From: Saccostrea echinata
Lineage: Eukaryota
Reading direction: 5' to 3'
DNA: 64,000 nt
Assembly: GCF_033153115.1 (NCBI RefSeq)
Contig: NW_026889805.1
Location: 6,262,001 to 6,326,000 of the forward strand
Positions 12,958-27,900 of the stretch are shown in pieces; position 1 is the stretch's first letter; every line of letters starts with the position of its first letter. The translations under genes and the position numbers were made by a program. A model generated the notes under the pieces. That model ran no database searches, was not told where the DNA came from, and saw only the letters and a list, made by a program, of their open reading frames with translations.

Positions 12958-15900
12958 ATGGCTTTACCAGAACCTTTATTACTTGACGAAGAGCTCGAAA
13001 ATCAATGTAACGAAATAAGAGCTATTGCATCAAAGGTTTGTTTTGTTACCCTTTAATAACGATGAAAGGTTATGGTCACTTGTTGAGTCATTCTGGTTTC
13101 AGTTTGATGATACATGTGATATTTTGATATAGATTTAACGTTAGAACAGGTCTGGTACAATCACTATCTACCAGGGACCTATATATACTAGTATATAGGT
13201 CCCTGTATCTACTTAGCTTTATTAACCTACTTGACGTAGCTTTATTTACCTACTAAATCATACTTATTTCTTTATTTAGCATTTTTTTCCAACTTCGAAT
13301 AATCTAAAAACAATTCGTGAAAAAATCACCCTTGAAGATGTGTTTCATAAAGCGCAACTGCAATGAAAGTTATTAAAAATTTGGGGCAATATACAACACT
13401 TCTTGAATGAAATAACAAAAAGACCAGTTCTGGTTAACATAATAATTCAACATGGTGTGAAATAATCATACTTTTATTCATGCCTCACCACACTCAGGGT
13501 GGTGTACAGATACTCAAAACAATAGAAATATACAGGTAAACTTCGTTATCTTGACATCAACGGGACCATCGGAAAATGTCGAGATATCCGAGGTGTCGAG
13601 ATATCAGAGTTGAGACTTGACATCCAAGATTTCACTGCATAGCAAAACACACAAGCTTATTATATGCACATGACTTCAATACAGATAGCTCAACATATTT
13701 CAGAATTCCCTATATTTTTATTAAAAATCTGAGAAGTTATTTCATAAAAGTCTTGTTTATAAAACGTGTTCTTTATCGAAATCTTTCTAAATTCACAAAG
13801 TTTCAGCACAAAGTTACAGCATTCGCGTGTAACTTGCCTTTTGATACGAAATTTGCTCTATAAACTTCGAACCGTATAAAGTCAACATCCGATGTACGGA
13901 AAAAAAATTAAATGCAGATTTTTTTTTCTTATTTCATTCAGGAAGAATGTACATTAAAATTAATTTTGTTATGAGATTTGTGTATCTATAAAACTAATGT
14001 AGTGATGTTACAGGTGCATGAATTATTATGGCTGATTCTGTCAATCGTGTCATTAATTGGATTGTTTCCTGTTGAATACATTTTAACTACAAAATTTCAT
14101 TAAAACATCTTTTAATTCCTTAGTTTGAATTATTCAGTGTGTTTGTTATTCATTGAAATTTAGTTACCTTTTTCAAATTCAAAAGTTATGTTAGGTTTTG
14201 ATATAAATAACCGTCTGTACATTTACGCAGAATCGTGTAGATTTAGCAATGATATTACCCAAGCTGAACATTAAGCAATTAACTTCTCAAAGATGCCGAA
14301 GGGGCTTGGGATTCACCTACAAACACAGTCTATAGAATTAATTAAGCAGCATGCAGTCAAAACATGGGTGTGAAAGGTGTGAACTTTTGACAATGTTGAG
14401 ATACCCGTAGTCGTCCATGCGTGACGAGCGACCCTCTCTGACAAACAGTTATGTTCAGTAGAGCAGAAAATTGCTGATGTCGATATATACCAGGTAAATT
14501 TTGCTCTTGGGACTGTGAATATACGTCGAGATAACCCGGGTTATCGACATTATCGAGGTCGACATATCAGAGTTTTTGCAAATCATTTATATAGTAAATA
14601 CTGCCAGGACCATGGAATGACGTCGACATAATCCAGGTTGTCGACATATCCGATGTCGAGATACCGAAGTTTACCTGTATATGTTTTGCATAAAAGTTTT
14701 CAAAAGCAGCAATGTTTAAACCATCCTCAATTTGCTCTGGGTTGCTTTTTTTTTTAAACTCCCTAGCATAAAAATTAATAGTCACATACTTGAGATTTTT
14801 TTTGTTTATTTTAAATAAAAAGCAAAATTGGGAAAACTTGCATTGAAATAGCTAAATAAAGCTACTTCAAATAGCTCATTACAGCTATGGTAGGTAATTC
14901 AAGCTACATAGCGAAATGTATACTGATAGAAGTGACCTGTAGAAGAAAATTAAATGTTACACTTAACATATTTAGATTAAATTCAGCAAATGTGTAATAA
15001 GGCCTAATAAAAAAATATGTTTGTTTACGGTTACCCGACCGACCCTATATTTAATAGCCAACCCAAATTTTTTTTCCGTCATAAAAATCCAGAAGCCACT
15101 CATTCATCGGTTAAATTTTAAATGCATCTTAATTGGTCAAGCATTTGAAATCGAAAGTACTAGAAATAGTTAGTGCAACATGGAATTAAAGAAGAAATAC
15201 AAGACAGTTTTTTCATTGTGTGGTAGCTGCCCTAAGGCAGTTGGCAAGAAAGATATTGTCTATCGCCCATATGGCAAGCCCAAACAAAAGTAAAGCACCA
15301 CACAATGGTAAAACTGTTTTGTATTTCAACCAATTCCTGTGAATTTGTGTATAAAAAAATCAATAAAATTAAGAAAAAAAAAAACCTACCTACCGACCCT
15401 ATTTTATTTCAGTATGTAACAGTAAACAAACATATTTTTTTGTTTGGCCTAACATTCACACCCTTTATTCCATCGAAATTCAATTGTATGATATAGACTG
15501 ATTTGGAAATTTGGATCAATGTATTATGCATTGCTATTATTGCAAGATTTGTTTCAGATTCTCTTTATACATCAAAAAGTATGAAAGACAGGGGAACAGA
15601 GGTGACTCTAAATAGTAGCTAGAATTCTGTAGTATACCAAATGTAGAAATGCTATTTGTGAACTTTGAGTGATTCATTTTAATGCTACAATAAAATTCTG
15701 CTTAAATTGTAGAGGATAAGAACACTACATATTTTTAAATACAATGTTAAGACAGTATTCTTTTTATTTTATGACTTATTCCCCCAAAAAGGATACTACT
15801 TAATTTAGTGATATCCATATATATACATTTCCAACTGTTTCCTCTTTGATAACTCTTTGAAAGTTAAGTGTGCTGATTTCTCAAAATTTACAGCTGAATG

Positions 15901-18900
15901 TAAAGTTAAAGGTCAAGTGCCTAATATGCATGTCAATTTCCCAGGCTGTCATTGTGTCTGATGTCAGTAGGTGGGGACTATAAAAATTGCAGAATGCTTT
16001 TTTTTTTAAATTTCAATTCTATTAGACAGCATTTTTTCTATTTGTATTAACATGTTAATTTCAAATGCAAATATATTTTAAGGAATCACTGTCTAGTTTG
16101 TTGGGTATGCCAGAGGCACTAACAACAGTTGGAAACATTGAATAATTTATGCATTATGGGCTTCAGCCATTATGCAATTTATCCCATGTTTCAAACTATC
16201 ATTCCCAACAGACTAGACAGTGATTCCTTAATGAAACATATTTCAATTAGTCTCATATTCTTCAAAAAGTTCTGTTTTAAATTTAATTGGAAGAATAAAG
16301 TTTAATGTAAATTAAACATGAATCAGAAACATGTACATGAAGTTTCTTGCTTTAACAGAATTGGCTGAGCTCTGCCCACAGCTCCTTACAGCATTTGGAC
16401 CAGATAAAGACATCTGTCTACAATGTTGGAATCCATGATCCTAAAGACCTTAAAGCCACCAACCTGTCTCATAGAGGACAAAGAAGTCAGAGTTATACAG
16501 ATCTAGCTAATACCCCAAATGGCCCACCTGTTTCACTACAGAAAAATGCCATTGCTTGGTAATTTATCTGTATATATATTGGTCTTATAAATGTCTTTTT
16601 TTTTTATTATGGATGAATTGGTCTTATCAAAGTCTTTTTAGTATGGATATACTGGTTTTGTCAATGCATTTTTTAGTGTGGAATACAGTCATACATGTGC
16701 ACATTAACAGTATTTATTAACTAGTGGTACAATCTAAATGGATTAAGATTTGTGTCTTGCTCATACAAGTCATTTTATGTTAGTTACCATTAATATACTG
16801 TAAACCATCACATGCCAGAAATATCAATGAGTTCTGTGACCTTCTTTTTTTCACTAATGAACATTTCTTCCCATGAATAATTCATTTAAATATGTAAATA
16901 TGTATTTATAAAGAATGTTTCCTCAGGTGCAAAAATTTATAGTCATAAAAGAATTTCAAACTGTCAAATTGTGAATAAAAGTTACAATTAATTGTTGGTT
17001 TACAGAAAAACAAAATTTGACTAAATACCTTGTGTCAGCAGAAGCAACACAAGTCTAGCTAGGTTGTAAATGAATATCAAAATGGATGCAGCAGAGTATC
17101 ATGCACACATTTCTAAAAAATCTAAGAATTTTCTGTGTAGTTACACAAATGTTCAATGTCTGGAAACATTTTGAGATGTTAAATATTATACATTATGTGG
17201 AATATTAGGGGAAGTAATGGATCAATTCCTGACCTCCTGGCTCAGCATAGTGCCCGGTCTCAAATGTCTGAGAAGCCTTCAGTCCGACATACTCGTCCTT
17301 CAAGCAGTAAAAAATCTCGACCTCAGAGTGCAAAAGAGTTACACAATGCAAAGGGATCACAACTCCCACCAAGAGGACCCAGTATTGGAGGTACATTTTG
17401 TAATAATGAATCTTTTTACATGATGAAGGAATCTGATAAAAAATGTCTTAATAAGCTTCCAGTTCTTAGTAAATGATTATTATTTGAACACAATCATTTT
17501 GAAAGTAAGCTTGAATTATTTCTATTGCATTATGTTTATAGGTCTATCTGTAGTCTTATCCCTCTTTCTGTTTATCCTCCACAGTTTAGTTCTAGCCTAT
17601 ATCTTATACACTTTTAAAGGTAGCATTATCATGCAGCCATGATACAGAAGGGTGACAAAAGTTTGACAAAAAATGGCTGTATGAAACAAAATCAAGAAAA
17701 ATGAGAGGTAAAATTAATCATTTTCATAACGAAACCTATTTCAGTGAAAGGTGCCCGAGTAGATCCAGCAGGGAGACCCCCAAAGACTGTACATTACACA
17801 TCAACTGGATGGGTGGGACCCCCAGCAGGCCTCAAGTTTGCTGATGATTTACCAACAGGTAAGATAAATGCTATCAATTCAAATAATAAAAATGTTATCA
17901 GGTAAAAAATTACTGGATTTTTAAATACTGTATACAGGGAAATTTTCACCCCCATTTTATTTTCACCCCTTCTGCCCTAGACACAAGTGGGCGAATTTAA
18001 GACGGGGCGAATTCAAAGAAAACAGTATAATTGCTTAAACAAAACTGTGACTGGGCAAATTTAAAATGGGGCAAAATTGTCTGCAAGTGTAATAGGGCGA
18101 AAATAACACGGGGCGAAATTAACCCTGTATACAGTAATGTTTTAATAAATCCGTATAGAATTAGATTACAAATTATTTTCCAGACATTTCATGTGGCAGG
18201 ATATCCCTTGGGGGGTCACCCCCACCAGCTCCAGCAGGGTCACCCATTCCTCCAGAGTAAGGAACTGTTTTCACTGAATATGAATTTATTGATGTGTGAC
18301 TACTAAGAAAACAGTCTTGGTAAATTTTGTTCACTTTTAAATATCAGATGGAATTTATGATGTTGTTCAGTGCTTTACCAACTACTAGTTTGTCAGTGGA
18401 GCAAACTTGCTCTAAAGGTTGGTATTTTATCACCTGTACCATTGGAAAATATTTAAAATACTAACACTGTGTTTATCAACTGTGTTTATCAACTGAACTA
18501 ATTGTTGGAAGTTTTACCATTCTTCTCTTTACACAAAACATGACTGGATAAAGAGAATTGTTGCTTTGAGGTTATTTGGGCAATATTAAATAAGCACAGT
18601 CTTAAATTTTCCCAAAATAGACCAGAGCTATCAGTGCATAAGTAAAAGGGTTAAAAATACTTGATGTAAGCTTACAGTACATGTATGTACAAAATTGTAC
18701 ATCATATTATATTAGTATTTTATAATGCAACTCTTTTTTAATCAGAATGAAATTGGGACCTTCCAGCGTTGATGATTATCACATTGAAGAGAATGAGGTC
18801 ATAAATACAGAACCTCCAAAACTAGCCTCCCCAGAGCCCATTCACTTCTCACTCCCCAGGATGGAGGAGGATTATGAAGAAGATAGTGACCTTGACACTG

Positions 18901-21900
18901 AAAGGTAGAATGACAATGACTTAAAATTCAGGCTTCATTCTGAGTGCAGGAACTTCCATTTATTTATTTAATGGTGCTCTTATTTTTTATTAGTTCTAGC
19001 TAGAATTAAATTTTTTAGTTTACTGTTTTATTTGCCTAAGATTGATTTTAATTTATAAATGAAAGGAGACTTCTTAGAAATTTAGACAACTTATGCCAAC
19101 ACTACTTACTAATTATGTTAACTTTGTAAATTTAATTTAAATTTAAGGCTTTTAGCCAAGGCAGAAGAACATGCACCAACACCTGTGGTTACAGAAAACT
19201 TACCTGGATTTACTTACACACACAATACAAGTAATAAACCAAATGCTGGTCATTTGGAGGTCAATGGGCAAGATGATGTTGCATTACCCTCTAGAATTCT
19301 AAAAGAGGAAGTAGATAACAATTCATTGTCCAATGATGTCAATACCGTATCAGATGATTCTGATGATTTGTTTGAGGAAGATGACGACAGCTTAGAAGAT
19401 GATTGGGATGAAGAGTTGGCAGAACTGGACCAAAAAGATTCATCTTTCAATGAAAAGAATGAAAAGACCTCTGTCAAATTCCGGGAGGATAAAAATGTTA
19501 CTATAGATATCACCCCAAGAAACCTAGGCTACAAAGTGGCTGACATGGAAACGCATTCCAGGAAAAAGCGTATTTCTCCACAGATGAAAGGAGAATTGGA
19601 GTCTGTATTATCCATCCTCAGCACAGGTCTACCAAAGAATGGCATCTCTTTAACAGAAGTAAACCAAGATACCAAGCACAGTGTTGAACGCAAATATAGT
19701 CAGCAGAGCTGTGAAATCTCAAAGAAACCAAAACCTCTCAATTCTGCATTGAAGCAGAGACCTGTATATGACACAAAGTGTGAAAAAAGACTGACTCATG
19801 AGAGACCAAGGTCTGCTAACAAGCCCTCCACCCCTGTTACAACAGTCACTGTGGCATATAGTGACATGGAGGAAATCAAGAAAAGCTCCAAATCAAAGGG
19901 CAGCAAGAAACATTCAGAGAAAGAAGTCATCACCATGGTAGAGAGAGTTCTGTCTGACAGTGAAGAGGAAAGTGTTCCAGAGGCTGATAAGGAGGACATA
20001 ACTCCTGACAAACTGGAGTCATGGATGCCAACCAAGTGTGTATCTGAACCCCCTAAGAACTATTACGAATTATCTCGGAGATCCACATCTGTGCAAAGTC
20101 ATTTCCGAGAACTCTCTCCCAAAACATCAAACCATATGTACAAGACAACAAAAACAATCGAGTTTGATGAATACAAGCCAAAGGAAACAACTATAAAGAA
20201 TGTGATAGATGCAAGTGCTCTGTTGAAGAGTCGAGACAGGGAGAGGTTTGTGGGACTGGATGAGGAAAACAGGGTCAAGGCCAGGCCATCCAGTGAGCGA
20301 CCTCATCATGTAGCTCCTAAAGAGAGGCTGACAAACAGACCAAGCAGTGAAATGGTTTGTTCATTTCATTCATGTAATGTAAGGCAAACACTAAAAAACG
20401 ATCAAACACTGCAATGAATAATTCACTTTGAACATTTAGAAATCTGTGTTTTTGGAAAAAAAATTCTTCATTTAGTGTCTCAAAGATTATTAAATTTGAT
20501 ATAATCAGGTTACCAGGGTTTGAAATTGAATTACTCACTTGGAGTTTACTCTGAATTCTAGCCATGGACTACATGCTTGTTCAATCTATCATGAAATATG
20601 AACAATTGTATACATGTGCTGCATCATGCATATATATTTCACTAATAAAAAAGGTGTGGTAAATGAATTTTTAAATATATAAATTTTCAGTCTCAAAAGA
20701 TCAAATCTAGTCAAAATCCAGAACTGCCTGTTGGTAAATTGGGTGCTGTTGCAACACATCTTGATAAAGTAAAGTCTGTTGAAAAGAAGGTAAGCTAAGA
20801 AATATTTCATTCTTTTGTAAACCTTGGATTAGGCCACATAGTTTTTAGATTCTAGTCCTAACCTGATGTGCTTAAAATGTCCCTCATTGACATTTTCTAC
20901 TTAGAATAAAAAAGACTACTAAATAAGAAAGAAAATAATTAAGATACATATATGAGAAGATCAGATCATGTACATTACTTAATATTTTTGCAAAAAATTG
21001 TTTTATTATAAAAGCTGAAAAATTGCTTTGTGTAGTCATTTCAGTATTAAAAAAAGATATACAAGAATATGATATAGATCTTTCAAAGTATAAAGAATTA
21101 AATCTTCCATCTGCAGATGTTTATTGCAAGTTAGGATGATAATCTAATTAATATAATGAATTAATGATAACATGGAGATGGGGTTTTGTTTCAGATGCTT
21201 AGAAGACCTCTCTCTGCAACACATAGTCAACGAAAGTCTGAAGTGTCACTGCAAAAGGAAGAGTGTATTGACACATTAAAAGGAACAGTGAATGAAAAAG
21301 TAAATTTGTCACATGGACCAAAACCTGAACTGAGTGAAAGGGAGAGAGAGATAGAAAATCTTATCAATAAACATCTACGCAGAAATGATGCAGCAACCCC
21401 TGGATGTAAACCAGAAGACAGAATGCTTCCAGAACCTGATGCTTCAGACAAGAAGATGACAGAGAACCTCAAAAGCAGCAAGATGGATGAAGCCAAAGAA
21501 ACAGAAGCCATATCACATGACCAGGAAGAAGGTGCGGAAGTGAAAGAGAGGCCACCTTCAGGAAGCAAGGCTAAGACTGCATCCAGGAAGGTCAGTCAAT
21601 GTTTATATTGTATAAAAAAAACTTTCTTTTGACAGGTACTTGCATACGATTACATTAAAAAAGACCTATAAGTAAAAAAAAACCAGGTATTCAAGTTTTT
21701 CTACGTTTCAGACAAAGAAGAATTATGAAGATATTGAAACATTAGTCAGTGGGACATACAAACCTACACTCAAATCTGAGAGGTATGTATGTAATAATAA
21801 GATTTACATAATAGCAGCCTACACTCAAATCTGAAAGGTGTGTATGTAATAATAAAATTTACATAATAAAAGCCTACACTCAGATCTGAGAGGTGTGTAT

Positions 21901-24900
21901 GTAATAATAAGATTTACATAATAACAGCCTACACTCAAATCTGAAAGGTCTGTATGTAATAATAAAATTTACATAATAACAGCCTACACTCAAATCTGAG
22001 AGGTATGTATGTAATAATAAGATTTACATAATAAAAGCCTACACTCAGATCTGAGAGGTATGTATGTAATAATAAGATTTACATAATAAAAGCCTACACT
22101 AAAATCTGAGAGGTGTATGTAATAGTAAGATTTACATAATAAAAGCCTACACTCAAATCTGAGAGGTATGTATGAAATAATAAGATTTACATAATAACAG
22201 CCTACACTCAAATCTGAGAGGTATGTATGTAATAATAAGATTCACACCATAAAAGCCTACACTCAGATCTGAGAGGTGTGTATGTAATAATAAGATTTAC
22301 ACCATAACAGCCTACACTCAGATCTGAGAGGTATGTATGTGATAATAAGATTTACATAATAACAGCCTACACTCAGATCTGAGAGGTATGTATGTAATAA
22401 TAAGATTTACATAATAAAAGTCTACACTCAAATCTGAGAGGTGTGTATGTAATAATAAGATTTACATAATAAAAGCCTACACTCAAATCTGAGAGGTGTA
22501 TATGTAATAATAAGATTTACATAATAAAAGCCTACACTCAAATCTGAGAGGTATGTATGTAATAATAAGATTTACATAATAACAGCCTACACTCAAATCT
22601 GAGAGGTATGTATGTAATAATAAGATTCACACCATAACAGCCTACACTCAAATCTGAGAAGTGTGTATGTAATAATAAGATTTACCTAATAAAAGCCTAC
22701 ACTCAAATCTGAGAGGTGTGTATGTAATAATAAGATTTACATAATAAAAGCCTACACTCAGATCTGAGAGATATGTATGTAATAATAAGATTTACATAAT
22801 AAAAGCCTACACTCAAATCTGAGAGGTGTATATGTAATAATAAGATTTACATAATAAAAGCCTACACTCAAATCAGAGAGGTATGTATGTAATAATAAGA
22901 TTTACATAATAAAAGCCTACACTCAAATCTGAGAGGTGTGTATGTAATAATAAGATTTACATAATAAAAGCCTACACTCAGATCTGAGAGATATGTATGT
23001 AATAATAAGATTTACATAATAAAAGCCTACACTCAAATCTGAGAGGTGTATATGTAATAATAAGATTTACATAATAACAGCCTACACTCAAATCTGAGAG
23101 GTATGTATGTAATAATAAGATTTACATAATAAAAGCCTACACTCAAATCTGAGAGGTATGTATGTAATAATAAGATTTACATAATAACAGCCTACACTCC
23201 AATCTGAGAGGTATGTATGTAATAATAAGATTTACATAATAAAAGCCTACACTCAAATCTGAGAGGTATGTATGTAATAGTAAGATTTACATAATAACAG
23301 CCTACACTCAAATCTGAGAGGTATGTATGTTATAATAAGATTTACATAATAAAAGCCTACACTCAGATCTGAGAGGTATGTATGTAATAATAAGACTTAC
23401 ACCATAACAGCCTACATTCAAATCTGAGAGGTATGTATGTAATAATAAGATTTACATAATAAAAGCCTACACTCAAATCTGAGAGGTGTGTATGTAATAA
23501 TAAGATTTACATAATAAAAGCCTACACTCAGATCTGAGAGGTGTGTATGTAATAATAAGATTTACATAATAACAGCCTACACTCAAATCTGAGAGGTGTG
23601 TATGTAATTATAAGATTTACATAATAAAAGCCTACTCTCAGATCTGAGAGATATGTATGTAATAATAAGATTTACATAATAAAAGCCTACACTCAAATCT
23701 GAGAGGTGTATATGTAATAATAAGATTTACATAATAAAAGCCTACACTCAAATCAGAGAGGTATGTATGTAATAATAAGATTTACATAATAAAAGCCTAC
23801 ACTCAAATCTGAGAGGTATGTATGTAATAATAAGATTTACATAATAAAAGCTACACTCAAATCTGAGAGGTGTGTATGTAATAATAAGATTTACATAATA
23901 AAAGCCTACACTCAGATCTGAGAGGTGTGTATGTAATAATAAGATTTACATAATAACAGCCTACACTCAAATCTGAGAGGTGTGTATGTAATAATAAGAT
24001 TTACATAATAACAGCCTACACTCAGATCTGAGAGGTGTGTATGTAATAATAAGGTTTACACCATAACAGCCTACACTCAGATCTGAGAGGTATGTATGTA
24101 ATAATAAGATTTACACCATAACAGCCTACACTCCAATCTGAGAGGTATGTATGTAATAATAATATTTACATAATAACAGCCTACACTCAGATCTGAGAGG
24201 TATGTATGTAATAATAAGATTTACATAATAACAGCCTACACTCAAATCTGAGAGGTCTGTATGTAATAATAAGATTTACATAATAAAAGCCTACACTCAA
24301 ATCTGAGAGGTGTGTATGTAATAATAAGATTTACATAATAAAAGCCTACACTCAGATCTGAGAGGTGTGTATGTAATAATAAGATTTACATAATAACAGC
24401 CTACACTCAAATCTGAGAGGTGTGTATGTAATAATAAGATTTACATAATAAAAGCCTACACTCAGATCTGAGAGATGTGTATGTAATAATAAGATTTACA
24501 CCATAACAGCCTACACTCAGATCTGAGAGGTATGTATGTAATAATAAGATTTACACCATAACAGCCTACACTCAGATCTGAGAGGTACATATGTAATAAA
24601 AAGATTTACATAATAAAAGCCTACACTCAAATCTGAGAGGTATGTATGTAATAATAAGATTTACATAATAACAGCCTACACTCAAATCTGAGAGGTATGT
24701 ATGTAATAATAAGATTTACATAATAAAAGCCTACACTCAAATCTGAGAGGTGTGTATGTAATAATAAGATTTACATAATAACAGCCTACACTCAAATCTG
24801 AGAGGTATGTATGTAATAATAAGATTTACATAATAAAAGCCTACACTCAAATCTGAGAGGTATATGTACATGGATATTATAGTGTTTATATCATTCAAAC

Positions 24901-27900
24901 CTCAACTAAAGCTGAGAGATCTGGATGTAAAAGTGTTGATATCTAGTTGTTCACATTTAAAATAAACTTTACAGTTTGACGTAAAAAAGCTCCTGAGAGC
25001 TTTTTACAACCAAAAGAGTGCATTGTTTATACATTGTAGATTCCTAATTTTGGCAAAATTTTGCTAGAAGCAGAACTCGGAAAATAAAATTACCCGCTTT
25101 TATTTTTATATTGCTAAAATACATGCAAAAACTCTAGATCAGCAGTTCAATCACAAATTCTTATTCTTACAATTTGGCTTCTGAGTCAATTTGTAAGTAC
25201 TCATGTAAAATAAGAATCTACAGTATATTGTTTTTATTATGCCCCCGTATCGAAGATTCGGGGGTATATAGTTTTTGCCCTGTCCGTCCGTCTGTCTGTC
25301 TGTTTGTTTGTCCGCAAAAACTTTAACATTGCCCATTACTTTTGATTGGTTGGAGCTATGGCTTTCATATTTCACATGTGTATTCCTTGTGACAAGACCT
25401 TTCTTTGGGTACCACCATATTTGACCTTGACCTTGGAGTTTAACCCTGTTTTGCAAAATTTTACCCAACTTTAACCTTGGCCATAACTTTTGAACAATTG
25501 GTGCTAGGGCTTTCATATTTCACATGTGTAATCCTTGTGACAAGACCTTTCTTTGGATACCAACAACTTTGACCCTTTGACCTTGGAGTTTGACCTACTT
25601 TTGAAAAAACTTTAACATTGGCCATAACTTTTGAATGTTTGGTGCTAAGGCTTTCATACTTCACATATATAATCCTTGTGACAAGACCTTCCTTTGGATA
25701 CCAACAACTTTGACCCCTTGACCTTGGAGATTGACCTACTTTTGAAAAACATTGACCTTGGCCATAACTTTTGAACCGTTGCGGCTAAGGCTTTCATACT
25801 TCACATATGTTATCCTTGTGACAAGACCTTTCTTTGGATACCAACAACTTTGACTCTTTGACCTTGGAGTTTGACCTACTTTTGAAAAACTTTAACATTG
25901 GCCATAACTTGTGAACAGTTGATGGTAGGGTTTTCATACTTCACATAAGTAATCCTTGTGACAAGACCTTCCTTTGGATACCAACAACTTTGACCTTGGA
26001 GATTGACCCACTTTTGAAAAACTTTGCAGCTAGGGCTTTCATACTTCACATATATAATCCTTGTGACAAGACCTTGCTTTTGATACCAACAATTGTAATC
26101 CATTGACCTTGACCTTGGAGTTTGACTTTCTTTTGAAAAACTTAAACCTTGGTCATAACTTTTGAACGATTGGTGCATACTTCACATATTTCACTGGTAT
26201 ATTTCTTGGGAGAAGGCCTTTCCTTAGGCACCATTAATTTTGACCATTTGACCTTGACCTGGATGTTTGACTTACTTTTGAAAAAAACTTTAACCTTTTC
26301 CATATCTATTCAATGGTTGCTGCTAGGGCTCTCATATTTCACAGGTATATTCCTCAACACAAGACCTTACTTTGGGTACCAACTATTTGATTTGCATTTG
26401 AGAAAGTTTAACCTTTTCTATAAGTTGCCATATGGGGGGCATCAGTGTTTCACAAACACATCTTGTTTAATAGTTAATTATATGATCTTGCATGTCTGAA
26501 AATAATTTGTGAATCTGTAGATCAGATTGAAAAGTAATAGTTTTGCTTTTTAGTTTAAAGGAAAACAAAGTCAACAAAATTGTACTGAAAATGGCAGAAA
26601 CTAGGGTCAATGCCAAGCTAACAGACAACACGAGTAAGTTCTGCACCAGGGACCCGTTTTACAAAAGAACTTACGACTAAGACCAAAAACTTTAGTTGAT
26701 TGTAAAATTTTGCAAACTTCATGATTCTGTTTAATATTGCTAGCATAAAAGTATCTTTCTAGATACCTTTTAAAAAGATTAAAACCATTTTCTATTTAAC
26801 ATAAATTAGAAAGTTATTAGCAGAATTAAATTTTGGTCTTAGTCGTAAGTTCTTTTGTAAAACGGGACACTGATTACTGTACTATAATTAGATGTACAAG
26901 TATTAACTATTTTCAGTATCATTTGCAATACAAGATCTGAGATAAAGTAGTACTTCAGAGATCTGCCATATATACATGTATGTAATAAAAAAATCTACTA
27001 TCTGTCCTGTAAATATCACCATACATGCCATAGGTTTATTATACATGTGTTAGTAATTATAGAATATTTATGTTTTGTTTAGAGCACTACGCGTCTTACT
27101 CCCGGAGTCGTGTGAGATCTGCCCCGCTCCGTAGGGTCGCATCAGAACCAAAAGTCAGATACACCAAACCATTCTTCATCAATTCCAAAAATCCAGATGA
27201 TGTAATGCTTATCATATATATTTCAGTTAGGCAAATTATGCTCAACCTCAAAATTATTTTTCTTTTAATGATAGAAACTAGGAATTTGTGCCGAACTAAT
27301 TTGTAAAATTTTGTAAACCTCATTGAATGAACTTTCAAATATTTTCTTTAAAGGTAACTTTTAAAGATAAACATAATGATTAACTTTATATATAATCCCA
27401 GGATAGAACTTTGTGTCACTGTTTTCAGGATGTCTTCACCGAGAATGAGCTGGAGGCTTACCAGCTCCATCAGAGATTGGCTGCTGCAGATGTATTCATC
27501 AGACCAGAAACCTTAGAAAGGTGGCTCACAAGTTTTAAAATAATGAGTAATTAACGAAGTTAACACTTTATTTAAATATCGCACAGAATTAATGTAGTTC
27601 TGTTTATACTGTGATTAAATTTCCCAATTTTAGGGCACTTTATCCTCCATCTGGGAAAACTTTGTACTATGATGTTGAAAACAAATTACCTCGATCAACT
27701 TCAGCAAGGTTGGTATTAGTTATTCTCTGAATTCAGTGCATGTACAAATTAAATTGCATTGTACATTAAGTAGAAATATTCTTCATTATTACCTTTTACA
27801 ACTTTCCAGTTTGTTAAGTCACCCCAAAGTCTGGCTTCCTGTTGAGTATAAGCAGTTCAAGTTGGCAGAGAAAAACTTAGGTTGGTAAAACTCTCCTTTG

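Noticed and set aside
21763-24865. CRISPR-like array
   Set aside because: No unique spacers; the whole 55-bp unit repeats; eukaryotic intron context; no cas genes
25151-26499. ORFs with repeated KYESPS/WYPKKGLVTR peptides (also 37415-37819)
   Set aside because: Chance translations of the HINE tandem monomers
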